DNA of 64,000 nucleotides from assembly GCA_964535315.1 (NCBI GenBank), contig CAZHTS010000003.1, positions 1 to 64,000 on the forward strand, written 5' to 3'. This document shows positions 46,835-55,301 of this stretch, one piece after another (positions within the stretch are counted from its first letter, which is position 1; every line of letters begins with the position of its first letter). Under the pieces are notes generated by a model that saw only the letters and a program-made list of their open reading frames with translations, searched no databases and had not been told where the DNA came from. The position numbers and the translations under genes were made by a program. The stretch is from an uncultured Anaerolineaceae bacterium (GTDB taxonomy: Bacteria; Chloroflexota; Anaerolineae; Anaerolineales; Anaerolineaceae).

Positions 46835-47198
46835 GATCCCGCTGCGCCCAAACGCGTTGGATCTGGCGGATGGCCTGGTTGGTCGCCCGGCGATATGCCG
46901 TCTGCGCCGCCAGTTTCACCACCAAAATCAACGTGCGTTCGCCGGCGGCAAAGGCGCGGCACACCAACCGCTGGCCGTGTTCGTCAAACATCACGATCTC
47001 GTCCATCTCACCCAGGCCGACGTGGGCGCTGGCCTGTTGGGCAACCCGTTGTACCCGCGCCGCAATCGCCGCCGGCGCTTCGGCCTGTTCTCCGCCGGTA
47101 GACGCCGCCAGCGGGAAGCCCGAGGCATCGGTCAACACGACTGCCAGAAAACCATGTTCGACTCCGACCTGTTGTACGATCTCCTGAAGCTGTTTCAT
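46824..47198 (-). CDS. Roadblock/LC7 (MglB-like) domain protein
   Basis: 124 aa; GFLAVVLTDASGFPLAASTGGEQAEAPAAIAARVQRV.... 11-nt overlap with the downstream gene and 4-nt overlap with the upstream GTPase gene. Confidence 0.7.
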   Translation of the reverse strand: MKQLQEIVQQVGVEHGFLAVVLTDASGFPLAASTGGEQAEAPAAIAARVQRVAQQASAHVGLGEMDEIVMFDEHGQRLVCRAFAAGERTLILVVKLAAQTAYRRATNQAIRQIQRVWAQRDRAA

Positions 47199-47821
47199 TC
47201 TCGTACTCCTGTTTGCGCATCGCGCGCCGCGCTCAATTTACGTTGGACGCTGGACAACACCAGCCGCATGGCAGCGTGAAGCGTTTCAGGGACACCCTCA
47301 CCGGTGGCCGCGATGGCATGATAAGCCGGGTATTGCGCCAGACCGAGCGCCTGCTGTAATTCCACCACCGGCAGCACACCGGGTAAATCGCGTTTGTTAT
47401 ACTGAATTACCGCCGGGAATTCAGGCAAATGCTGCCCCATCTTCGCCAGATGTTCATTTAAGTCGTTCCAGGATGCGCGGTTATCTTCCAATCGCTCCGC
47501 CTGTGAATCGACCACAAAAACCACACCATCTGCCCGGCGCAATACCGCCTGGCGGGTCGCTTCGTAATACACCTGACCGGGCACAGTATACAGGCCAAAC
47601 TTGGGCTTGAGGCCGCCGATCATGCCGATTTCGAGCTGTAAGAAATCAAAAAAGATGGTGCGGTCTTCGTGAGTATTGAGCGTAAACAACTCACTGCGCG
47701 TTTTGGCCGCCGTCATGGCGTGAATGCGCTCCAGGTTGGTCGTCTTGCCACTCAACGCCGCGCCATAATACACAATGCTGACGTTCAATTCACGGGTTTT
47801 CCAGTTAATAAACATGTACAC
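47195..47821 (-). CDS. MglA-like small Ras-family GTPase
   Basis: P-loop VYYGAALSGKTTNL, switch II TVPGQ, specificity motif YNKRDLP. Its size and placement upstream of roadblock genes are typical of MglA/CvnD-type GTPases. Confidence 0.8.
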   Translation of the reverse strand: MYMFINWKTRELNVSIVYYGAALSGKTTNLERIHAMTAAKTRSELFTLNTHEDRTIFFDFLQLEIGMIGGLKPKFGLYTVPGQVYYEATRQAVLRRADGVVFVVDSQAERLEDNRASWNDLNEHLAKMGQHLPEFPAVIQYNKRDLPGVLPVVELQQALGLAQYPAYHAIAATGEGVPETLHAAMRLVLSSVQRKLSAARDAQTGVRE

Positions 47822-47838
47822 ACACCTCGCCTGGTAGC

Positions 47839-48999
47839 TTATGAATACACAGGAATTTGCAATGTAAAAGCCGTTCCCTCGCCGACCCGGCTTTCTACAC
47901 TTAATTGCCCACCGTGATCCTGAGCAATACTATAGCAAATACTCAAACCCAGCCCGGTACCGCGTTCCCCTTTGGTGGTAAAGAATGGCTCAAAGATGCG
48001 CTCCAGCAAATCGGCAGGGATACCGGCCCCGGTGTCAGCTACCCGGGCTTTGACAAAACAATCGTCAGCCCAGGTGCTCAGGGTAAGGCTGCCCCCACCC
48101 GACATGGCGTCCTGAGCGTTGATGATCAGGTTCATAAAAATTTCGCCCATCTGTTCCGGCGAGGCCATTACGACCGGCAGATCCTCGGCCAGCGAACGGT
48201 GTACGCGAATATGTCGTTTTTGCAGCTCTTTACCGGTCAGAGATAATACCTGCTGGATCACCTGGTTGAGCACGATAGGCCGGCGCTCCTTGCAGGGCGG
48301 TTTGGAAAAATCGCGCAACTGCTGCACCAGTTTGGCAATAGCGTGGATTTGTGTCTCCATGATGTGTAAATCTTCTTGCACCTCGGCCGTCTGTGGCAGG
48401 TCGGACTTGAGCAAATAGACGTAATTCAACAGCCCGCTCAACGGGTTGTTGATCTCATGCGCCAACGAGGCCGCCAGACGCCCTAACGAAGATAGCTTTT
48501 CGGCATGCCGCAGCTTGCTGTGCGCCTGTTCGAGTTGCAGAGTGCGCTCGACCACCTTTTTTTCCAACACCTCGTTTAAACCGGCAAGTTCGTCTGTGAT
48601 CACTTTCAAACGCAGAGCGGCGCGCGTGCGCATTAACAACTCGGCGTTTTCCAACGGCAGCCCTAAGAACTCGTCCGCTCCGGCGTTGAGCGCCGCCGAA
48701 ATATTTTCGGGCCCGGCCTGATCCAGCATCAGGATGGGGATAAAAGGCCACGCCTCGTTGGCCTTCACCTGTCGAGCGGTCTCGTATCCAGAAATGGTCG
48801 GTAAATGGGCCTTGAGCAAAATCAGATCCGGCGGGCGGGCTGCAATCGTCTCCAGTGCGGCTTCCCCACTCGCCGCACTGCGCACCGCATACCCCGCCGA
48901 TTGCAAAACAAGACGCACCTTGCGAACAAAGGCTACGTCAGCATCCACTACCAGAATGTTGGCAAACAAAGGACCCAGTTTCATCGCGACCCGTTTCAA
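47839..48999 (-). CDS. Hybrid histidine kinase with an N-terminal degenerate receiver domain (REC*-HisKA-HATPase)
   Basis: The receiver-like N-terminus has K in place of the phospho-acceptor Asp (PDLILLKAHLPTISGYE). H-box LAASLAHEINNPLSGL; HATPase NLIINAQDAMSGGG...GTGLGLSICY. Confidence 0.8.
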   Translation of the reverse strand: MKRVAMKLGPLFANILVVDADVAFVRKVRLVLQSAGYAVRSAASGEAALETIAARPPDLILLKAHLPTISGYETARQVKANEAWPFIPILMLDQAGPENISAALNAGADEFLGLPLENAELLMRTRAALRLKVITDELAGLNEVLEKKVVERTLQLEQAHSKLRHAEKLSSLGRLAASLAHEINNPLSGLLNYVYLLKSDLPQTAEVQEDLHIMETQIHAIAKLVQQLRDFSKPPCKERRPIVLNQVIQQVLSLTGKELQKRHIRVHRSLAEDLPVVMASPEQMGEIFMNLIINAQDAMSGGGSLTLSTWADDCFVKARVADTGAGIPADLLERIFEPFFTTKGERGTGLGLSICYSIAQDHGGQLSVESRVGEGTAFTLQIPVYS

Positions 49000-49091
49000 C
49001 CGACAAAAAACAACCCATTAAAACATTATTTATTGAAGCACAAGATCAGATGAACGTCAATCATCCTTTGATAATATTTTACATTAAAATT

Positions 49092-49119
49092 TTACGTATT
49101 CGCCATGTGACGGTATAAT
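49092..49119 (+). promoter_or_regulatory. Sigma70-like promoter (-35 TTACGT, 16-bp spacer, -10 TATAAT) for the 49140 gene
   Basis: Sits in an AT-rich intergenic region; -10 TATAAT at 49114-49119; RBS AAGGAGA lies 6 nt upstream of the ATG at 49140. Confidence 0.45.
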
Positions 49120-49139
49120 GAACCCTAAGGAGAAACGAG

Positions 49140-50036
49140 ATGCCCCATCCGTCGTGGAAACACCGCTGCCCGACACGCAACGGTGAGTGGGTTTTTGGCC
49201 CACAACATTGCCCGGATTGCGGTCAAATCAGCGAAATAAAAGTATGGCGACGCAGCATGTTGCAGCGCATTGCTCTGTATCGCCAACTCACCGGCCTGCC
49301 GCCTTATGGCCCGCACTTACGTTTCCTCCCTCCACTCACCCATCCATGCGAACAATGCGACGGCGAGGGTCTGGTCACCACCAGCGACGGCCAGTGGCGA
49401 GATTGCCCGTATTGTAACGGCTACGGGAATCTGATCAGCCGCACCCCAGAGGAAATGGAACGAATCCATCGTTGGGCGCAACGGCGCCAGTCTGAAGCAC
49501 GTACCCGGCCGCCAGACGCCCCCGACCTGCTGCTTGGACGCATCCCCTATACCTTCAACCCGTTGCAAACCAATTCCCCTGAGGGCTTCTTTTACCAGAT
49601 CGCTGCTCTCATTCGTGATCACGAGCAAAACCACGTCCGCAACCAGCGCATCGGCCTGCTCCTGCTGGCCTGTAATGACGAGCACTGGGATGCTTTCATT
49701 TACCTGATCGAGCAATGGGAGAAGGCCGGGTTTGGCCTGGATGTAGACGCGGGCAGCATCCTGTTATTAGGGAAGCAGCCCGGCGCAGGATTGATCGCCA
49801 GTCTGACACCTGCCCTGTCCAGCCTGAACCTGAATTATGTTGGCCTGCAACAAATGGCCTTCCCACGCGCCGTCATTCACCGCCTGCAAACCGCCATCGA
49901 CCAGGCGCTCGGTCTGCCCCACGGTCAATATCAGAGCTACGATATCCTCCTGCTGCGGAGTTTCAATCGCACCCAGGCCCGCGCCCTGCTCAAGGCGCTC
50001 ATCACCGCCGCCAGCACACAACTGGCGCTCAACTAA
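49140..50036 (+). CDS. Hypothetical protein with three zinc-ribbon-like CxxC pairs
   Basis: CPTRNGEWVFGPQHCPDCGQ, CEQCDGEG and CPYCNGYGN; the C-terminal ~180 aa has no recognisable motifs. Good promoter and RBS. Confidence 0.6.
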   Translation: MPHPSWKHRCPTRNGEWVFGPQHCPDCGQISEIKVWRRSMLQRIALYRQLTGLPPYGPHLRFLPPLTHPCEQCDGEGLVTTSDGQWRDCPYCNGYGNLISRTPEEMERIHRWAQRRQSEARTRPPDAPDLLLGRIPYTFNPLQTNSPEGFFYQIAALIRDHEQNHVRNQRIGLLLLACNDEHWDAFIYLIEQWEKAGFGLDVDAGSILLLGKQPGAGLIASLTPALSSLNLNYVGLQQMAFPRAVIHRLQTAIDQALGLPHGQYQSYDILLLRSFNRTQARALLKALITAASTQLALN

Positions 50037-50042
50037 TAGCGC

Positions 50043-50147
50043 ATGAAACGACACCCCATCCTTGCTTTTTACTTGTTGGCCTTTCTATTTAGCTGGACGC
50101 TCTGGGTGTTGGACTTTATCGCCCTCGGCAAAATGCTCATCGTCTGA
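50043..50147 (+). pseudogene. Truncated N-terminal fragment resembling CPBP (CAAX protease / bacteriocin-processing) family membrane proteins
   Basis: The 34-codon ORF MKRHPILAFYLLAFLFSWTLWVLDFIALGKMLIV* mimics the characteristic CPBP N-terminus (..ILAFFLLAF.FSW..W) and then stops; no continuation in frame. Confidence 0.3.
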
Positions 50148-50354
50148 TCGTCGCCGTCACCCTCGCTCTGGGCGGGCTTACCACAAACACAACCGCACTC
50201 AACCCGGCCGTCACAGTGCAGCCGTCGGACGAACAGGCAAAATGATTTTCGCCTGTTCTAAAACGCCACGATGAAAAACCGTTTCGGTAATGTGCAGGCG
50301 TAGCCCCCCCTTCACCTGCACCCGCAGTGCTTTGCTGGCCTTTTCCCAGCGCTC

Positions 50355-50627
50355 TCACCGGCATGGGCACGGGTCGTCTTCCAATGCGTTTGCCGGCGCC
50401 AGACGGGCGGCATACGATTGCATGGCGCAGCCCCAGACCACCAGGCGTTCCCCCAACCCATTCAACAGGCGCTGATACACCCCCGGCTGGCGAGGCCGGG
50501 CCAGTTCGGCCTGACGCACCCAATGATATTGTTCGGCCGCCGCCATTTCTTCTTTTCGGCGTTCAAAAGCAACCTGTTCATGCAAATAACCGCTCATCGT
50601 ATACTCCTTTCTCGAGGTCAAGCGCAC
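50355..50627 (-). CDS. Small hypothetical protein
   Basis: 90-aa ORF directly downstream of, and 9 nt from, the ArsR-family gene; no recognisable motifs. Confidence 0.35.
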   Translation of the reverse strand: MRLTSRKEYTMSGYLHEQVAFERRKEEMAAAEQYHWVRQAELARPRQPGVYQRLLNGLGERLVVWGCAMQSYAARLAPANALEDDPCPCR

Positions 50628-50636
50628 ACATCCGGC

Positions 50637-51737
50637 TCAGTGCGCTAACAAAAAGGCCGCCACCGCCTGCAAAACGTCTTCCACCCGTTCTGGATTAAGC
50701 GCATAATACTTACCACCATCGCCGCGCCGCTCCGACAGATAACCGGTGGCGGTCAACTGCGAGAGATGCCGCGAAGCGGTAGATTGGGTCAGGTCCAGAC
50801 CCTGAATGACATCCTGAGCGCACAGCTCGCCATTCTCTGCCACCAGGCGCAAAATGCGCAAACGGGTATCATCGGCCAGAGCGTTCAATCGCACCACAAT
50901 CTCGGCCCGGCTCAAATCCGAAGCCACACCGCGGGCGCCCTTGGGCGAGCGCGCCCCAAATACCACCACCAGCGCCTTACTCGCATGGTATTTGCCCAGA
51001 TAGGGCCCCACGTGCGCGTTGGGGACAAAAATCAACCGCTCGGCAGCGCTCAGTGCGCGCTCCCATTTCTTCTCGGCAAACGTGTGCCCGGTGATCCAAC
51101 GCGCCGCCTCCAGGCGTTCCATCCCGTTCAGATCGACCTGCTGGAAGGAACGCACCGCTTCCGCCAACAGCGGGCGTGTCCGCTTCCACTCTGCCGCAAG
51201 ATACCGTTCCCACATCCGCCACAGATGATCGACAATCAGCGCCTGCATCGCCGGCGGATCGATCACATACTGGTAGGCGCGCCCTTCCAGATCAATATCC
51301 AATTTATCCGGCGAGAAACGTTCTTGTAGAAAATTCAGATACGCATCCACAGAATGGAGCGCAGCGCTCCATTCCACACCCTGGGCGTTTTCCGTAGCAT
51401 CCCAACCAACCGACGGCGAACAACACGCATAGCGCGCCATCAGGCGATCCCGCAGCGCCACGGCATCCATGCGCTTCAGTGCATCCACGTAAGCCGGGAA
51501 AGACGGCCAGCCATGTTCCGGCTCAATGGCGTAATAAAAACCGGTCAACACCAGGCGGTTGGTCTGGCGTTCCTCGCTCGACATGGCCTGCACTGTGTGA
51601 TAAACCCAATCGTGCAGCCCCGAAATCTGGTCGGCCTGGCTCAACAAGAACAGGCTGTGCAGCAGGTTGTAGGCCGGTTCCAGCGCGACGCTCACCAACG
51701 GCTGGGGGACGGGGAAATCCTGAATGGGTGCGGGCAT
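50637..51737 (-). CDS. ArsR-family transcriptional regulator with a long N-terminal DUF5937-like domain
   Basis: C-terminal ArsR HTH (LADDTRLRILRLVAENGELCAQDVIQGLDLTQSTASRHLSQLTATGYLSERR), preceded by a ~270-aa domain of the kind found N-terminal to ArsR HTHs in Actinobacteria. Confidence 0.7.
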   Translation of the reverse strand: MPAPIQDFPVPQPLVSVALEPAYNLLHSLFLLSQADQISGLHDWVYHTVQAMSSEERQTNRLVLTGFYYAIEPEHGWPSFPAYVDALKRMDAVALRDRLMARYACCSPSVGWDATENAQGVEWSAALHSVDAYLNFLQERFSPDKLDIDLEGRAYQYVIDPPAMQALIVDHLWRMWERYLAAEWKRTRPLLAEAVRSFQQVDLNGMERLEAARWITGHTFAEKKWERALSAAERLIFVPNAHVGPYLGKYHASKALVVVFGARSPKGARGVASDLSRAEIVVRLNALADDTRLRILRLVAENGELCAQDVIQGLDLTQSTASRHLSQLTATGYLSERRGDGGKYYALNPERVEDVLQAVAAFLLAH

Positions 51738-51759
51738 GTCGGTTGCTCCTGTTTCTCGC

Positions 51760-51805
51760 TTCTATGCATTTATGCGGTTTATGCATACTTATGAATAAAT
51801 GCATT
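51760..51805. promoter_or_regulatory. Array of ATGCAT/ATGMRK hexamer repeats (putative operator) in a divergent promoter region
   Basis: tctATGCATttATGCGGtttATGCATacttATGAATaaATGCATtttt has five copies at 7-10 bp spacing, three of them the perfect palindrome ATGCAT. It is located between the ArsR-family gene start (51737) and a TATAAT at 51871. Confidence 0.4.
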
Positions 51806-51931
51806 TTTAGTATACAGAAATTGCCGCAAGCTGTCAAGCCCCTGTTTGGATAAGCGTTGAACGGCTGCGGTATAATAAACGCCAGGAAATTTCTATCCAT
51901 CCCTCAGACTACAGTTTCTCTCTATTTCCCT

Positions 51932-52342
51932 ATGACCACACCTCCTCCCCCCAATTCTCCCGAAGAAGCCTGGCATGACGTCGGGCAACAATTTAAAATC
52001 CTCGGTGATAGCCTGGCCTCTGCCCTCAGCGCCGCCTGGAAAGACGAGCACAATCGCCAGCGCGTGATCGAGATGCAGGCCGGCCTGCAGGCCATGGTTG
52101 AGACCGTCGGCAAGGTCATCGAGGAAAAGGCCGCCTCACCCGAGGCCGCCCACCTGCGGCAAGAAGTCGAAAAGACCGCCAGTGCAGTGCACGAGGCCGG
52201 AACCCAGGCCGTGCAGGAAGCGCGCCCTCACCTGATCGCCGCGCTGCGCCAGGTCAACCACGAATTGCAAAAGATGATCGAACACATGGAACCCCAAACG
52301 CCGTCTGCCCCGGATGGCGAGGACCGACCGACAGGATCCTGA
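51932..52342 (+). CDS. Hypothetical helical protein
   Basis: Start at MTTPPPPNSPEEAWHD. Sequence is A/E/Q-rich and predicted helical; no strong RBS, so the start is uncertain. Confidence 0.45.
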   Translation: MTTPPPPNSPEEAWHDVGQQFKILGDSLASALSAAWKDEHNRQRVIEMQAGLQAMVETVGKVIEEKAASPEAAHLRQEVEKTASAVHEAGTQAVQEARPHLIAALRQVNHELQKMIEHMEPQTPSAPDGEDRPTGS

Positions 52343-52379
52343 CGTGAGCGATTCCAACCAATCCCTTCGTTCCGTCGCC

Positions 52380-53564
52380 ATGCCGTTGGCGACGATTGCC
52401 ATCCTGGCACTGGCGTTCATCATCTGGCTTTTCCTGCCGCCGGTCAAACGCATGTTAACCGCGGTCACCCCCACCCCGCAGCCCAGCCTCACGCCGCGCC
52501 CTACCCGCACGCCGCGCCCCTCCGCCACTCCCACCCTCACCCCTGAGCCAAGCCCGACGGCGCAGGCCAACCCGGCCGACACCTTGCAAAATTTAAAGAG
52601 CATCGATCCCCCGCTGTTGGCCCCCGCCGTCGAAGTGATCGTCCTCAACGAAGACAAAAATGTCCAGGTGGATCCGGATTTCACCAATCTACAATGGATC
52701 TCTTCGACCACCATCGCCACACAACTGGCGCAAGAGATCCCCGAACCTTACTACGCCACCTTTGGCCCTGCTTCCGTTATCTGGCGCACAGATAGACCGG
52801 TTTCCAGCGGCCTGTACCAGATCTATGTCATGGACACCGTGTATAGTTCCGCCGGCCCACTCGATTTCAAGGTCGCCCTGGACGATACAGTCCTCTCTCC
52901 TTCGCTTGGGCAGACCCACATCGATTTTCAAACCAACCGTTTCGACCCGCGCCAGGTGGTCGATAAATGGCGTGACATCGGCACGTATCGGGTAGACCGC
53001 TCCGGCATACTCTCGGTCAGCACCAGCTGGCAGAGCCGGAACGAAGACTCAATCGTCGCCATCGACCGCGTTCTCATCCTCCACCTGCCCGATCCCGGCA
53101 TGACGGTGCTCGATCGCCTGCCCCCCGCGGGCCTGCGTTACATCATCGATGAGATCGCCGCCACCAAAGAAAAGATGGGGCTCTCCCTCACCCGTACCGA
53201 TGTCCTGGCCTGGGGCGGCAGTTATGAAGTCGTCATCAACCCGACCGAAGATTGCCGCGTCACCTGGGAAACATCCGAAACCGTCCCCCCCGGTCAATTC
53301 CAGATTGCCATGTGGGTGCCGGCCAACAAAAACCAGCCCGTGGTAAATTTCCGCGTTCTGGCTGACGATACAGAGCTTGAGCCCGGCCCCTTCAGCGGCG
53401 CCCTGACCAGCGGCAACCCCGAAGGCGGCTGGATCAGTCTGGGAACCTGGAGCACGCCGCGCGTCATGGAAAAGCCCGTGCGTCTCAAGGTGCAGATGTC
53501 CATTCCCGCCGGCACCACCGGAGAAATTCCGGTGGACGCGGTGGCCTTCATGCGCATACCCTGA
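52380..53564 (+). CDS. Hypothetical secreted/membrane-anchored protein with a Pro/Thr-rich linker
   Basis: N-terminal TM helix (MPLATIAILALAFIIWLFLPPV), then PTPQPSLTPRPTRTPRPSATPTLTPEPSPT linker and a ~330-aa globular domain. An alternative start at 52314 would overlap the preceding gene. Confidence 0.55.
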   Translation: MPLATIAILALAFIIWLFLPPVKRMLTAVTPTPQPSLTPRPTRTPRPSATPTLTPEPSPTAQANPADTLQNLKSIDPPLLAPAVEVIVLNEDKNVQVDPDFTNLQWISSTTIATQLAQEIPEPYYATFGPASVIWRTDRPVSSGLYQIYVMDTVYSSAGPLDFKVALDDTVLSPSLGQTHIDFQTNRFDPRQVVDKWRDIGTYRVDRSGILSVSTSWQSRNEDSIVAIDRVLILHLPDPGMTVLDRLPPAGLRYIIDEIAATKEKMGLSLTRTDVLAWGGSYEVVINPTEDCRVTWETSETVPPGQFQIAMWVPANKNQPVVNFRVLADDTELEPGPFSGALTSGNPEGGWISLGTWSTPRVMEKPVRLKVQMSIPAGTTGEIPVDAVAFMRIP

Positions 53565-53601
53565 CCCCGTCTGCCCCGCGGGTCATACCGGTAACACCCC
53601 C

Positions 53602-53644
53602 AGATGTGCTCGCAGCCATGACTGCGAGCACATCTAATTTTATT
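53602..53644 (+). terminator. Rho-independent terminator
   Basis: 14-bp stem AGATGTGCTCGCAG / CTGCGAGCACATCT with loop CCATGA, followed by AATTTTATT. Confidence 0.55.
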
Positions 53645-53709
53645 CGTGCACGACTACACTCTATAACAGATACAAAATGCTCTGTATTACATTGCCAAGG
53701 AGTCTAGCC

Positions 53710-55188
53710 ATGCACATTCTATTGACCTACCCCGAATTCCCTGACACTTTCTGGAGCTTTAAACATGCGCTCCGTTTCGTTCACAAACGCGCCTCTTCGC
53801 CGCCCCTCGGCCTGCTGACCGTGGCCGCCATGCTGCCCAACGAGTGGGAAAAACGCCTGATCGATCTCAATGTCCAACCACTGTGCGACGAGGACATCGC
53901 CTGGGCAGACATGGTCTTTATCAGCGCCATGGTCGTCCAGCGTGAATCCACCCGCCAGGTGATCCAGCGCTGCCATGCGGCCGGAAAGACCATCGTGGCC
54001 GGCGGCCCAATTTTCAGCGGCGAATGGGAACAGTTCCCCGAGGTGGATTACTTCGTACTCGGCGAAGGTGAGCTCACTCTGCCACGCTTCCTGAGCGATC
54101 TGGCCAACAACTGCCCCCAGCACGTCTATACCGCCGAGGGCTACGCCGATCTGGCCAGTTCACCGGTTCCCATGTGGGAACTGGTCGACCTCCGTCGTTA
54201 CGAATCGCTCAGCATCCAGTATTCGCGCGGCTGCCCCTTCAACTGCGACTTTTGCAATATCACCGCCATGCTCGGACACCGGCCACGCACTAAAAGCGCC
54301 GCCCAGATCATCGCCGAATTGGACAAGATGTATGCCCTCGGCTGGCAGCGCGGCGTATTTTTCGTCGATGACAATTTCATCGGCAACAAACGCCAGATCA
54401 AAGAAGAAATCCTGCCGGCGCTGATCGAATGGCGCAAAGATAAAAGCGGTTATAACTTCATCACCGAGGCTTCGATCAACCTCTCGGATGACGAAGAACT
54501 AATGGATCTGATGACCGCCGCCGGCTTTACCTCGGTCTTCGTCGGTATCGAAACCCCCGATGAGAGCAGCCTGGCCGAATGCGGCAAAGGCCAGAATACC
54601 CGTCGCGATCTGGTTGAATGTGTGCGCCGCCTGCAAAACCGCGGCATCCAGGTGATGGGAGGTTTTATCGTTGGTTTCGATAACGATACCACCAGCATCT
54701 TCCAACGTCAGATCGAATTCATCCAGAATAGCGGCATCGTCACTGCCATGGTTGGCATGCTCCAGGCCCCTTACGGCACCCAGCTCTACGCTCGCATGGA
54801 AAAGGAAGGCCGCCTGGTGCACGAAATGTCAGGCGATAACGCCGACGGCTCAACCAATATCATCCCGCGCATGGGCCTGGAAACACTGAGCGCCGGTTAT
54901 CGCCAGGTGGTACACGAGATTTATTCGCCAGAAAAATTTTACCAGCGGGTCAAAACCTTCCTGCGCAACTACAACCCGCCCATTATTCACACCAATTTGC
55001 AAATTGTCGAAATCCTGGCCTTCTTCCAATCCATCTGGCAGTTGGGCATCGTCGGCAAGGAGCGGCGCGAATATTGGCGGTTGTTCTTCTGGGCGTTATT
55101 CAAATACCCGCGCAAATTTGCCATGGCCATCACTCTGGCCATCTACGGCTTCCATTTCCGCAAAGTCAGCGAGCTAAATGGCATCTGA
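53710..55188 (+). CDS. B12-binding domain-containing radical SAM protein (class B rSAM, DUF4070-type C-terminus)
   Basis: Start at MHILLTYPEF (RBS AAGGAG). N-terminal cobalamin-binding Rossmann region (PPLGLLTVAAMLP). rSAM cluster motif YSRGCPFNCDFCNI. Confidence 0.85.
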   Translation: MHILLTYPEFPDTFWSFKHALRFVHKRASSPPLGLLTVAAMLPNEWEKRLIDLNVQPLCDEDIAWADMVFISAMVVQRESTRQVIQRCHAAGKTIVAGGPIFSGEWEQFPEVDYFVLGEGELTLPRFLSDLANNCPQHVYTAEGYADLASSPVPMWELVDLRRYESLSIQYSRGCPFNCDFCNITAMLGHRPRTKSAAQIIAELDKMYALGWQRGVFFVDDNFIGNKRQIKEEILPALIEWRKDKSGYNFITEASINLSDDEELMDLMTAAGFTSVFVGIETPDESSLAECGKGQNTRRDLVECVRRLQNRGIQVMGGFIVGFDNDTTSIFQRQIEFIQNSGIVTAMVGMLQAPYGTQLYARMEKEGRLVHEMSGDNADGSTNIIPRMGLETLSAGYRQVVHEIYSPEKFYQRVKTFLRNYNPPIIHTNLQIVEILAFFQSIWQLGIVGKERREYWRLFFWALFKYPRKFAMAITLAIYGFHFRKVSELNGI

Positions 55189-55240
55189 TGAGCGCCCGTT
55201 TGAACGCGCCAACATGCCCGATTTGGCCTGACAGCGCCCC

Positions 55241-55280
55241 CATAGGGTATAATACCCATAACCCGTAGGGTATAATGCAC
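55241..55280 (+). promoter_or_regulatory. Tandem duplicated -10-like elements (2 x TAGGGTATAAT) upstream of the small gene at 55302
   Basis: cATAGGGTATAATacccataacccgTAGGGTATAATgcac has two identical 11-mers 23 bp apart, each containing a consensus TATAAT. RBS GGAGG lies downstream. Confidence 0.4.
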
Positions 55281-55301
55281 TATTCACACAGGAGGCGCTT
55301 G

